From assembly GCF_988243305.1 (NCBI RefSeq), contig NZ_OZ547136.1: a stretch of 64,000 nucleotides of DNA; one strand, given 5' to 3'. Position 1 is the first letter of the stretch. The number at the start of each line of letters is the position of its first letter. The translations under genes and the position numbers were made by a program. The notes beneath the pieces are model-generated. The model had not been told where the DNA came from, made no database searches, and was given only the letters and a program-made list of their open reading frames with translations. This document shows positions 51,480 to 60,537 of this stretch, piece by piece.

Positions 51480-51483
51480 TGAA

Positions 51484-51699
51484 TTACTCTCCCCGTGCAG
51501 CCTTACGACGGTCCTCTCTGATTTTGAAATACAGGTTAGTCAGATATGTCAGCAGCCCAAACAGCAGACTCCCCAGCACGCCTATTGCCGCCCACTGAGA
51601 CGGGGAAACCCTGTCCAGCAACTGCAGGAACCAGTAGCCCGTTCCCACCGCTGACGTGGTGTATGACACACCTGTTGTGATTTTTTCCATCTGGTACAT
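51484..51699 (-). CDS. S: Holin, phage 21 S-type (pinholin-like), with dual-start motif
   Basis: ORF 51484..51777 trimmed to [10 protein letters not shown]...; two TM segments; C-terminus [19 protein letters not shown]. Confidence 0.85.
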   Translation of the reverse strand: MYQMEKITTGVSYTTSAVGTGYWFLQLLDRVSPSQWAAIGVLGSLLFGLLTYLTNLYFKIREDRRKAARGE

Positions 51700-51849
51700 A
51701 CCCCGTCTCCCGTTATCCGGAAGCTGACAACAATAAAAAAAGCCACCAGTTAAGTACTGATGGCTCTGATAACTCATGCAGGCATCTCAGACGACCCACT
51801 GACACTACCGGTGAGTTTAACGATACCTTCCATTTGACTGGCTCACTTT

Positions 51850-53703
51850 TTATGATGATGCCGGTGCATTTATCTCCAGCACCAGACTTTCTATCTCAAC
51901 GCCATACGCTGCATTTTTGGTAATATCCGTCAGCGTCAGCGCATTCAGCCCCAGTGTCAGACTGTCTTTTATGACCTGGAATGCCGGGCCAGCCACTCCA
52001 TTCAGTTTCGGAGTAACCGTGGCACTGCCGGCGGTGAACACCAGTTCCAGCGTCTGCCAGTCATTACTGTAATTCCCGAACTCGCCCAACTTTGTGTTTC
52101 CTGCTTTCTTGTGATGCATCAGATTCAGTTTGCCGTCTGTGGTCTGGGTGAAGAACGACATCAGGAACGGGTTACCAGTCCCGGCCATCGCCACGACGTC
52201 AGGTAACGCTACATCGGTATACAGATAAATTCCCAGGCCGAACTGGTTGTTGGTCAGTGCGCCTGACAGTCGAAACTTACAGCTCAGTCTGCCACCCCGT
52301 GTCAGCAGGGAGACTGCGTCATCCACCGGATGCATCAGGGACCAGGTTTTATTGCTCTGCTTGGCGATCTTAAATACACCACCCGACAACTGAATTCCGC
52401 CGTCCTTAATGGTCCAGCCCTGCGCAGCAGCCTCTCCGGCTGTCGGCAACAGGGAGATTGTGCGTACGGATGCATCTTCAGACGGCCCCGATGGCGTGTT
52501 GCCGCCGGGCGAGGGTTTGATTTCCGGTGCCTTACCACTGATGAAAGCTGAGGTGCGCCCGGCTGCGTTCAGAATAGCGGTTGCCATACGATCCGGAATA
52601 ATGCTCCTGCGCGCCCATGAACTGAAATGTGTCGGGCGGTTTGATGATACCTGGTTTCCATTCGTTCTCGATGCCGCACCGTAATATCCTGATGCCGGAA
52701 TATCCGGATCTTCTGCCGGTGCGTTAGTGGCGGTATTGACGCCGTTACCGTCTGTCATGAAGGGCACAAAATAAACGCCCTCACTCTCCCTGTTTTTATA
52801 CCCGCCGTACACGGTGTCGTACTGGGTAGCGTATGTATTTTTCCAGTAATACGTCGTGTCACCACAAATCCACGGCACATTTACAGCACTACCACCATGA
52901 CACTGCGCGTTAAACACAGTGAGGTCAGCACGAAACTGCTTCAGCATGGCTGTAAACAGCGCAGGTTGCTGTGCGTAGGTGGCGGCGTTCATGTCAAACT
53001 CTCCCTGCATCCAGCACACCGCCAGCAACACATTTTTCGGGTTCTTCTGTAATGCAGCTTTAGTGCGCGCAATCAGGTCCTGATATAACGGTTTACCCAC
53101 ACCCCAGCGTGCCGAATCCTGGCTGGCCCCCGCGTCCGCACTGAATGTCCCCTCCGCGCCCTTGGTGAATGCCGAACCACCACGACAGCATGGTACCAGC
53201 AGGATCCCCGCGTTATTCGGGATATACGGGAGCAGTTTTTTGGCAATATGTAAGCCCTGGCCGACACAGCCGTACTGCCCTTTGCTCAGGTCTGCCTTCG
53301 GATGATTCAGCGTACTCATATCCTGCACATCATGCAGACAGTGGTCAGCCGGGATGATGTCGTTATACGTACAACTCTCTCCACCCGGAGTTACCGTGCT
53401 GCGGCGCGCCAGCTGTTTAATGCGCGGATCCGGAGCATCGTAAGAATCCGGTAACGGAAGCCCTTCACCGTAGGCCATGCCGTTGGACTGTCCGGCAAGC
53501 ACAACCACGTAGAACCAGTCCGGCTCAGATGAAGGGCCGACCTGTGGATCTCCTTCAATAGCCACCGCCTGCATCAGTGTGTACGGCGTAATGGCAACCG
53601 GTCCGCCATATGGCTGCCAGCCCTCTTTCAGTTTGTGTGTCAGCTTTTCCGCAAGGTCTGACGGCGACGCCGCCCTGACAACATCATAGTGTTTAAATGC
53701 CAT
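51850..53703 (-). CDS. Prophage sialate O-acetylesterase (NanS-p / YjhS-like)
   Basis: 617-aa ORF in the position this gene holds in Stx-type phages, between the tRNA cluster and S. Confidence 0.8.
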   Translation of the reverse strand: MAFKHYDVVRAASPSDLAEKLTHKLKEGWQPYGGPVAITPYTLMQAVAIEGDPQVGPSSEPDWFYVVVLAGQSNGMAYGEGLPLPDSYDAPDPRIKQLARRSTVTPGGESCTYNDIIPADHCLHDVQDMSTLNHPKADLSKGQYGCVGQGLHIAKKLLPYIPNNAGILLVPCCRGGSAFTKGAEGTFSADAGASQDSARWGVGKPLYQDLIARTKAALQKNPKNVLLAVCWMQGEFDMNAATYAQQPALFTAMLKQFRADLTVFNAQCHGGSAVNVPWICGDTTYYWKNTYATQYDTVYGGYKNRESEGVYFVPFMTDGNGVNTATNAPAEDPDIPASGYYGAASRTNGNQVSSNRPTHFSSWARRSIIPDRMATAILNAAGRTSAFISGKAPEIKPSPGGNTPSGPSEDASVRTISLLPTAGEAAAQGWTIKDGGIQLSGGVFKIAKQSNKTWSLMHPVDDAVSLLTRGGRLSCKFRLSGALTNNQFGLGIYLYTDVALPDVVAMAGTGNPFLMSFFTQTTDGKLNLMHHKKAGNTKLGEFGNYSNDWQTLELVFTAGSATVTPKLNGVAGPAFQVIKDSLTLGLNALTLTDITKNAAYGVEIESLVLEINAPASS

Positions 53704-54192
53704 GAATCCTCCCGGCCGGGATAATATTGTGAGTAAAATGAGGAGCGGGCTGAAGTCCGGAAGTTACAGGACAATGGCAGAAGAGAGACAATAGCCCGCA
53801 ATACGAAAAAGGCCGCGCTATTGCGCAGAGTGATTACTGTCAGATATTATTCGCCAGCTGAAATATTACTTCACGTTTTGTTGTTTATTCCTTGCCGCCC
53901 GCGTCTCCCTGCGCGGGATTTTTTTGTCCATAAGAAAGCCCCTCCGGAGAGGGGCTGGAGAGTGGCGCTATGTGCCATTGCATGGTGCCGGGTGCCTCCC
54001 GGTGAATTCAGTACCAGCACCTGAATCCGCGATTATCCCATATACCTACTCGCTGATTGCCCCTCCGCACAGGGGGATTCACCATGCCAGTTTCTTTTAA
54101 CAAACTCCCCGCAAAACAGACAACTGTCAACCGTCTGAATTGTGAGACATTTAAAAAAAAGGCCCGCAAAAGCGAGCCAGGGAAAATAAGTG

Positions 54193-54269
54193 TGGCGCGT
54201 TGTACTGGATTCGAACCAGTGACCGATTGCTTAGAAGGCAATTGCTCTGTCCGGCTGAGCTAACAACGC
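54193..54269 (-). tRNA. argO: tRNA-Arg (anticodon UCU), argO-like
   Basis: Hand-folded cloverleaf; anticodon loop CTTCTAA; T-arm GGTTCGAATCC; 3' CCA encoded. Confidence 0.8.
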
Positions 54270-54282
54270 AGGGTACAGATAA

Positions 54283-54359
54283 TGGACCGCCATCGAGGAC
54301 TCGAACCCCGCGCAACCAGCTTCGAAGGCTGGCGCTCTATCCTGATGAGCTAATGGCGG
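54283..54359 (-). tRNA. argN: tRNA-Arg (anticodon UCG), argN-like
   Basis: Hand-folded; anticodon loop CTTCGAA; T-arm GGTTCGAGTCC; 3' CCA encoded. Confidence 0.75.
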
Positions 54360-54366
54360 TATGTGA

Positions 54367-54438
54367 TGGTGGCCCTTGCTGGATTTGAACCAGCGACCTG
54401 GCGATTATGAGTCGCTCTCACCACTGAGCTAAAGGGCC
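54367..54438 (-). tRNA. ileZ: tRNA with CAU anticodon (Ile2/Met type), ileZ-like
   Basis: Hand-folded; anticodon loop CTCATAA; T-arm GGTTCAAATCC; short D-loop; 3' CCA encoded. Confidence 0.7.
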
Positions 54439-54600
54439 GGGAGCCGCATAATAACGACGCGTAATTAATTCTTCAATATCATCCGTTCTGGCTGACTAAA
54501 TCCTGTACTTCCCGAACCGTCTGCTCAAAACATTCAGTCTCCAGCTCAACGCCAATTGCACGACGCCCGAGCGCCAGTGCTGCTTTGACGCTACGGACAT

Positions 54601-54629
54601 AAAAAAGCCAGCCACTGGGGGAGGCTGGC
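54601..54629 (-). terminator. Intrinsic terminator upstream of the tRNA cluster
   Basis: gccagcc...ggctggc hairpin followed on the minus strand by TTTTTT. Confidence 0.5.
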
Positions 54630-55263
54630 GAAACTCGTAGAGCAAAAGTGTTGTTACACTAACTTCGTCACAGGGTTATCCTGCAATACTCAAAATACAC
54701 AATATTTACAAAACTAATAGTATACAAGGCGATCTTTAAGATTTTGTTATAAATTATTGCCTTTCTCCTCTTTCCATGAGCTTTCTGGGTAGCCACAGAA
54801 TTCCGGGTACAGAAAAACCCGCTCAGCGGCGGGTTTAAGCTGTGTGACGAAGTAACCACTCTTAACAGCATAACCAATTTTTTACGTACGTAAACCACTA
54901 AATGATATTTGCGAGAATGCTACCGAGTATTGAAAACACCACTACAAATACATAAGCAAATCTCAACAAATAACCAACAAATAATTTCCAGTGTTATTTT
55001 TAGCCGGTTTAAATTGAACCTTCAAATTATAGAGCACTTATAAATAACAGCCGTTAATATAAATTGGCTAATAGATTTATTTTTATTCAGCCAAGAGCCA
55101 TGAATAGGATTCGATAGAAAAAAGTTCAGATAAAAATAGAGATCTACTTCACAAATCAAACGAGAAACCAAAACTAACATCTTGAAATAATCACATTGAT
55201 TAGATGAATATTTATCGCGCAGTGACATCATTTTTTAATAATAGTTCAAAAAAAGGGCTCACG

Positions 55264-56346
55264 ATGAAAAAATTAACAGTGGCAATTTCTGCTGTAGCTG
55301 CATCAGTACTGATGGCGATGTCTGCTCAGGCAGCTGAAATTTATAATAAAGACAGTAACAAGCTGGATCTGTACGGGAAAGTTAATGCTAAGCACTATTT
55401 CTCCTCTAATGATGCAGATGATGGTGATACTACTTATGCCCGTCTTGGCTTCAAAGGTGAAACCCAAATCAACGATCAACTGACTGGTTTCGGTCAGTGG
55501 GAATATGAATTCAAAGGCAACCGCGCTGAATCTCAAGGTTCCTCCAAAGATAAAACCCGTCTTGCCTTCGCTGGCCTGAAATTCGGTGACTACGGCTCAA
55601 TCGATTACGGCCGTAACTACGGTGTAGCATACGACATCGGTGCGTGGACTGACGTTCTGCCAGAATTCGGTGGCGATACCTGGACCCAAACAGATGTGTT
55701 CATGACTGGTCGCACCACTGGTGTTGCAACTTATCGTAACAACGACTTCTTTGGTCTGGTTGATGGTCTGAACTTTGCTGCTCAGTATCAGGGTAAAAAT
55801 GACCGCACTGACGTAACTGAAGCTAATGGTGATGGTTTCGGTTTCTCCACTACTTATGAGTATGAAGGATTCGGTGTAGGTGCAACCTATGCTAAATCTG
55901 ACCGCACTAATAATCAGGTTATCTACGGTAACAACAGCCTGAATGCATCTGGTCAAAATGCTGAAGTATGGGCAGCTGGTCTGAAATATGATGCGAACAA
56001 CATCTATCTGGCTACCACCTATTCTGAAACCCAGAACATGACTGTTTTTGGTAATAACCATATTGCCAACAAAGCACAAAACTTCGAAGTAGTTGCACAA
56101 TATCAGTTCGACTTCGGTCTGCGTCCGTCCGTTGCTTACCTGCAATCTAAAGGAAAAGACTTGGGTGCGTGGGGTGATCAGGACCTGGTTGAATATATTG
56201 ATGTAGGTGCAACCTATTACTTCAACAAAAATATGTCCACTTTTGTTGATTACAAAATCAACCTGATTGATAAGAGCGATTTCACGAAAGCATCTGGCGT
56301 TGCTACCGATGATATCGTTGCTGTAGGTATGGTTTACCAGTTCTAA
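55264..56346 (+). CDS. Prophage-encoded OmpC/OmpF-family porin (NmpC/Lc-like)
   Basis: ORF 55204..56346 trimmed to the [23 protein letters not shown] signal peptide; ends in ...VGMVYQF; opposite strand to the late operon. Confidence 0.9.
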   Translation: MKKLTVAISAVAASVLMAMSAQAAEIYNKDSNKLDLYGKVNAKHYFSSNDADDGDTTYARLGFKGETQINDQLTGFGQWEYEFKGNRAESQGSSKDKTRLAFAGLKFGDYGSIDYGRNYGVAYDIGAWTDVLPEFGGDTWTQTDVFMTGRTTGVATYRNNDFFGLVDGLNFAAQYQGKNDRTDVTEANGDGFGFSTTYEYEGFGVGATYAKSDRTNNQVIYGNNSLNASGQNAEVWAAGLKYDANNIYLATTYSETQNMTVFGNNHIANKAQNFEVVAQYQFDFGLRPSVAYLQSKGKDLGAWGDQDLVEYIDVGATYYFNKNMSTFVDYKINLIDKSDFTKASGVATDDIVAVGMVYQF

Positions 56347-56482
56347 TTTGATTACTAAAAGATATGTTGCGGGAGGCTTTGCCTCCCCAACATATAAGTG
56401 GCTCCCTCAAGCCACTTCCTTTAGGAGCACAACCTTGCTTCTAACTATATAAACCTTCTGTTATATATTACCCTTTATTTTT

Positions 56483-56510
56483 GGGGGCGTTGCAACGCCC
56501 CATTTTTAAT
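56483..56510 (+). terminator. Intrinsic terminator after the porin gene
   Basis: gggggcgttgcaacgcccc followed by atttttaataatttt. Confidence 0.55.
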
Positions 56511-56534
56511 AATTTTTAGTAAACAATTGGCATA

Positions 56535-56918
56535 TTAATTAGAGTTATTAACAACGATATCCATCTCTAACCGGATATCTAATGCCATTAACATCCCTTC
56601 AATTATGCCCTCAGCCTTCTGTAACCTTTTCCCGATATAACCATCAGAGCAGCAATGCTTACCTGCCAGTGACATGAATGTCATACCGACTACATAATAA
56701 TCTACTAATAAATCGTGCAAATCGCTGTTGTTCTTTTTCAGACGGGCCATGCACCCGCAAATAATCATCGCGTCATCGTCACAACATTGCGGGCGAGATT
56801 TTACTTTTGAAGTAATTAATCCCTTAAAACCGGCGGCAATGGACGACCAGGTCACATCTTCATGATTATTAGCCGCCCACGCTCCCCAGCGTTCGAGAAC
56901 CATCTGAATATCACGCAT
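56535..56918 (-). CDS. Q: Late gene antiterminator Q (QuuD-like)
   Basis: ORF 56535..56933 trimmed to [22 protein letters not shown]...; Cys-rich zinc-binding region. Confidence 0.85.
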   Translation of the reverse strand: MRDIQMVLERWGAWAANNHEDVTWSSIAAGFKGLITSKVKSRPQCCDDDAMIICGCMARLKKNNSDLHDLLVDYYVVGMTFMSLAGKHCCSDGYIGKRLQKAEGIIEGMLMALDIRLEMDIVVNNSN

Positions 56919-56935
56919 CAACTTTCTCCACAAAA

Positions 56936-57955
56936 TCAGGACAGCACACCAATCGCCAGCGCGCGATCGATAAAACGAAATATCAGCTCCAGTTGGGAAC
57001 CATACTTCTCTTCAAATGCCACGGTATCCGCATGTAGTTCGTCATGGTGTTTTCTGCACAAAGGCAACACAAAAAGGTCATGCGCTTTTGTACCCATTCC
57101 ACCCTGACCATGACCAATCAGGTGATGAGGATCGTCGGCTGGCTTACCACAACATGCACACGGCTGCGTCTTAACCCAGCGCGTGTACTTTTCATTAACC
57201 CAGCGACGACGTTTTGGGCGTAACATAAAAGACTCCGGCGACTCCGGATCCACTTTCAGCGCCAGCACCTTTTTCGCTTTATCCTGGATGATGCTGGTGG
57301 CAGGAACCGAAGGCACAAGGTCACTTTCCCGGGTGACAGACGGCACAACAGGCTTCGGTAATCTCAGTGCCTTACGGGCTGCACTTTCCGGTAAGGCATC
57401 CGCCAGGTCATTACGAATCAGCCACCAGCACAGTTCCGGCATTGTCACAACGTGACTGTCATCAAAACCGAGATCCCGACGCACAACAGACAACACCCAG
57501 CGGGCACAGTTATCCGTTGCCATTGATTCCAGCCGTTCCGTGAACTGATCGCGCAGCTGGTTATCGCAGTGCCAGCACAGACGGATTGCACCCGGAGCGT
57601 GTCGCATTGTGGTCATGTTCTCGCTGTGCCAGTCGGAATGAGGCCACTGGCAGCCTTTTTCACGAAGTAACCAGCTTTCAAGACATTCCACGCCACCAGC
57701 ACGACGGATCACTGCCTCATTGCGGAACACGGCCCGAACGGCAGGATCATCCGCCAGCGGTTGTGATGCCGCCGGAACGGCACCACTGGCGAAAGATGAA
57801 TAACGTTCCGGCTCAGGCTCCAGCAGGACACGCCCCTGCATAAACAGGGGCATCAGCTCTGAACCGGGCCTGAACAATACAATCCCCATACGCGGGGCAA
57901 TTTCAGGGGTCAGCAGTGCTCTCACGGTCACCTCAGCAAACGATATTGAATGCAT
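56936..57955 (-). CDS. DUF968-like protein with C-terminal HNH-like Cys/His motif
   Basis: 339-aa ORF immediately upstream of Q; CACCGK...HHLIGHG...CRKHHDELH. Confidence 0.6.
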   Translation of the reverse strand: MHSISFAEVTVRALLTPEIAPRMGIVLFRPGSELMPLFMQGRVLLEPEPERYSSFASGAVPAASQPLADDPAVRAVFRNEAVIRRAGGVECLESWLLREKGCQWPHSDWHSENMTTMRHAPGAIRLCWHCDNQLRDQFTERLESMATDNCARWVLSVVRRDLGFDDSHVVTMPELCWWLIRNDLADALPESAARKALRLPKPVVPSVTRESDLVPSVPATSIIQDKAKKVLALKVDPESPESFMLRPKRRRWVNEKYTRWVKTQPCACCGKPADDPHHLIGHGQGGMGTKAHDLFVLPLCRKHHDELHADTVAFEEKYGSQLELIFRFIDRALAIGVLS

Positions 57956-57976
57956 ACAGAGAAAAAAACTCAGTCA

Positions 57977-58234
57977 TCACGCAGTAAACTCCTTCACCAG
58001 TATTTCAAACTGGCTTACCTGTCCTTCCAGTTCCTCCACGCAATCCACCAGCTCATCCACCGCCTTTTGTGTACGGTGTTTTGCCTGCAGCAGATCACGA
58101 AGCGCCGGAGTAAGCTGCTTGCGGAGCGTATCTTTTGCCACGCTCGTTTTTTCCATCTGTTCAGCACAACGAAGCATCTCCTGCGCCTGCCGACGAAGTT
58201 GTTCCGGTGAAACAGTGATTGTTCTGTTGTTCAA
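57977..58234 (-). CDS. Hypothetical protein (85 aa)
   Basis: ORF only. Confidence 0.35.
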   Translation of the reverse strand: MNNRTITVSPEQLRRQAQEMLRCAEQMEKTSVAKDTLRKQLTPALRDLLQAKHRTQKAVDELVDCVEELEGQVSQFEILVKEFTA

Positions 58235-59631
58235 AATAAACGCTCCGTTTTACTGCCCGACATGCGGTTATTGCTGTATCTGCGCGGATTGCCCGGCGTC
58301 ATGGGTGTGGAAAGAACCCGGGCACTCTCCTGATCCACAGGCAGAAAATGCCCGTTATGAAAACGCCGGTAAATGGTACCCAGCGTGCCATTACGCTGTT
58401 TCGTGATGTTGATTTCTGCTATGCCTCTGGCCTGAGTTTCCGGGTTGTATACCTCATCCCTGTAAAGCATCAGAATGATGTCGGCATCCGCCTCGATTTC
58501 CCCGGAGTTTTTCAGGTCCGAGTTCATTGGGCGTTTATTGGGTCTGGATTCCACGCCGCGGGAGAGCTGGCTCAGAGCAATCAGCGGAAAACCGCCGGAT
58601 TTTGCCAGGCTTTTAAGTCCCTTTGAGATTTCCCCCACCGCAAGGTCGTGACGCCCCGTGCTGCGGGTTTTAATCAGGCCGAGGTAATCGACCACCACCA
58701 GCGCCGTTTCCGGGTGTTTCATCCGGTGGTGCTTCGTGGTTGCACATATCTCATCAATGGTCAGGTTTGCCTGGTCCACCATCCAGATATTACGCCCCGT
58801 CATTCGTCCCACGCCCTGCGTGAAACGCGCCCAGTCTTCATCTTCAAAACGGGCAACAGACTTAAGACGGGATACCGGCATTCCACCGGCAGCAGACACC
58901 ATACGTTCACCAATCTGGATGTTCGCCATCTCCATGGTGAACAGAAGCACGCCATGCCCCTGCTCAGTCACCTTGTCGATGATGTCCAGCGCAAGTTCGG
59001 TTTTCCCCATCGAAGGACGGGCGGCAATGAATACCAGGTCTCCGGGCTCCATACCGCCCGTTTTTGCGTCCAGTTCATCAATACCGGTCATCAGCGCCCT
59101 GGATTTCTCCAGTCCCTGATTGCGGCATTCAACACGGTCGACCACTTCCGGAAGGACATCATCAATGTGAACCGGCTGAATGACGCCCTTTCCGGTCGAC
59201 AGTGAGGCCATCATGTTCTGCACATCCTTCAGGGCATCCTCGGCTGCTTCACAGGTATACGCATCACGTAAATTCTGTAATGCTTCAGTCAGTGTTTTTT
59301 CTGCATCGCGCAGTGCGGCATTGCGCCGCAACGCTGCGACATAGTGCTCCAGTGAAGACTTCACCCAGGTTTTGCGTCCGGTGTCGGTAATCACCGGGGC
59401 AAGTTCCGGCATCTCATTGCACAGCAGTACGGGGTCAATGACGCCGGATATGCGAGCCTGTCTGCAAATCCCCGCGTAAATATCCCGGTACTGACGCACA
59501 AAAAATACATCCGCCGGAAGTGTGGCCAGAATATCCATCACTTCCGGATCGGCCCCACGCAGAAAAAACGCACCGATGACAGCGCCTTCCAGGTCATCGT
59601 TACGCCATGCCGGGGTGTTCTGGCTGGTCAT
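58231..59631 (-). CDS. DnaB-family replicative DNA helicase
   Basis: 466-aa ORF with RecA-like motifs (AARPSMGKTE; ILMLYRDEVYNPE). Confidence 0.9.
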   Translation of the reverse strand: MTSQNTPAWRNDDLEGAVIGAFFLRGADPEVMDILATLPADVFFVRQYRDIYAGICRQARISGVIDPVLLCNEMPELAPVITDTGRKTWVKSSLEHYVAALRRNAALRDAEKTLTEALQNLRDAYTCEAAEDALKDVQNMMASLSTGKGVIQPVHIDDVLPEVVDRVECRNQGLEKSRALMTGIDELDAKTGGMEPGDLVFIAARPSMGKTELALDIIDKVTEQGHGVLLFTMEMANIQIGERMVSAAGGMPVSRLKSVARFEDEDWARFTQGVGRMTGRNIWMVDQANLTIDEICATTKHHRMKHPETALVVVDYLGLIKTRSTGRHDLAVGEISKGLKSLAKSGGFPLIALSQLSRGVESRPNKRPMNSDLKNSGEIEADADIILMLYRDEVYNPETQARGIAEINITKQRNGTLGTIYRRFHNGHFLPVDQESARVLSTPMTPGNPRRYSNNRMSGSKTERLF

Positions 59632-60536
59632 GCGGCAACACCTCCGATACGAGAACGGTAGCTGGGCCAGTTAAACGACAACCAGTTGCGCCCGCCATCG
59701 GTGATCCTGTCGGCAATCCGGGGACTGATGAACGCCCACAATTCTTCCGGTGAAAGATTGCTGATCAAGATAGTTGGCAAAATACCCTCATACCGGGCAT
59801 TGATAATTTCCTGCAAAATGGCCATTTCAGCCGCACTGCCAAACTGAACGCCGACTTCGTCGACAATCAGCAAATCCAGTGACGCATAATGCTCAATGAC
59901 GTCATCCGCTGTTTTTTCACTGTCATTCCGCCAGCAGTTTTTCACAGCCCGGGTAAGGCGCATCACGTCGGTGATCTCCACACTGGCCAGATAGTTACGG
60001 ATGATGTGTTTTGCCATTGATACCGCCAGATGATTTTTCCCGGTACCGCAACTGCCGGTCATAACAAGACTGGTACCGTTCTCCAGCATATCTGGCCAGT
60101 TCTCCGCATAGCGGCGACAGGCCGCAAGATTTCTGGCTGCGTCAGGATTAACCTCCAGATAATTATCAAACTCGCAGTCCCGAAAACGCAGAGCAATTCC
60201 GGCGTTATCAGTCAGTTCTTCCGCCTTGAGGGACGACAGTTCCATGGTCAAATCACTGGCCTCAGCGATCAAGCAGTCAGGGCAGCATGAAATTTTTTCT
60301 CTGTCCTCGCCATTACGATCGATCCACACCAGTATATGCGTACGATATTTACCGTGTTTTTCGCAATATCCGCGACCTTCACGCATCAGGCAGGAACGAT
60401 AAGGCCATGGCTTTTCGCCCTTCTGAGCAAATGCAATCTCTGCCCGTAACTCATCCATTTCTGCCCGTAACTCATCCATTCGCGCCTGTAGTCTTGTTTG
60501 TTTCTCACGTTGGTCAATCGTCATCATCGCTGTCAC
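59628..60536 (-). CDS. DnaC/IstB-like AAA+ helicase loader
   Basis: 302-aa ORF with Walker A (GSCGTGKNHLAVSMA) and Walker B (LLIVDEVG). Confidence 0.85.
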   Translation of the reverse strand: MTAMMTIDQREKQTRLQARMDELRAEMDELRAEIAFAQKGEKPWPYRSCLMREGRGYCEKHGKYRTHILVWIDRNGEDREKISCCPDCLIAEASDLTMELSSLKAEELTDNAGIALRFRDCEFDNYLEVNPDAARNLAACRRYAENWPDMLENGTSLVMTGSCGTGKNHLAVSMAKHIIRNYLASVEITDVMRLTRAVKNCWRNDSEKTADDVIEHYASLDLLIVDEVGVQFGSAAEMAILQEIINARYEGILPTILISNLSPEELWAFISPRIADRITDGGRNWLSFNWPSYRSRIGGVAA

Positions 60537-60537
60537 C

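Noticed and set aside
53704-54192. Shiga toxin genes expected between the tRNA cluster and the esterase gene
   Set aside because: The interval is about 490 bp with only short ORFs (67 and 77 aa) and no AB5 toxin-like signal peptides; too short to hold the toxin operon.
54668-55231. 76-aa and 69-aa minus-strand ORFs upstream of the porin
   Set aside because: AT-rich, low-complexity, no ribosome-binding sites seen; probably porin regulatory DNA.
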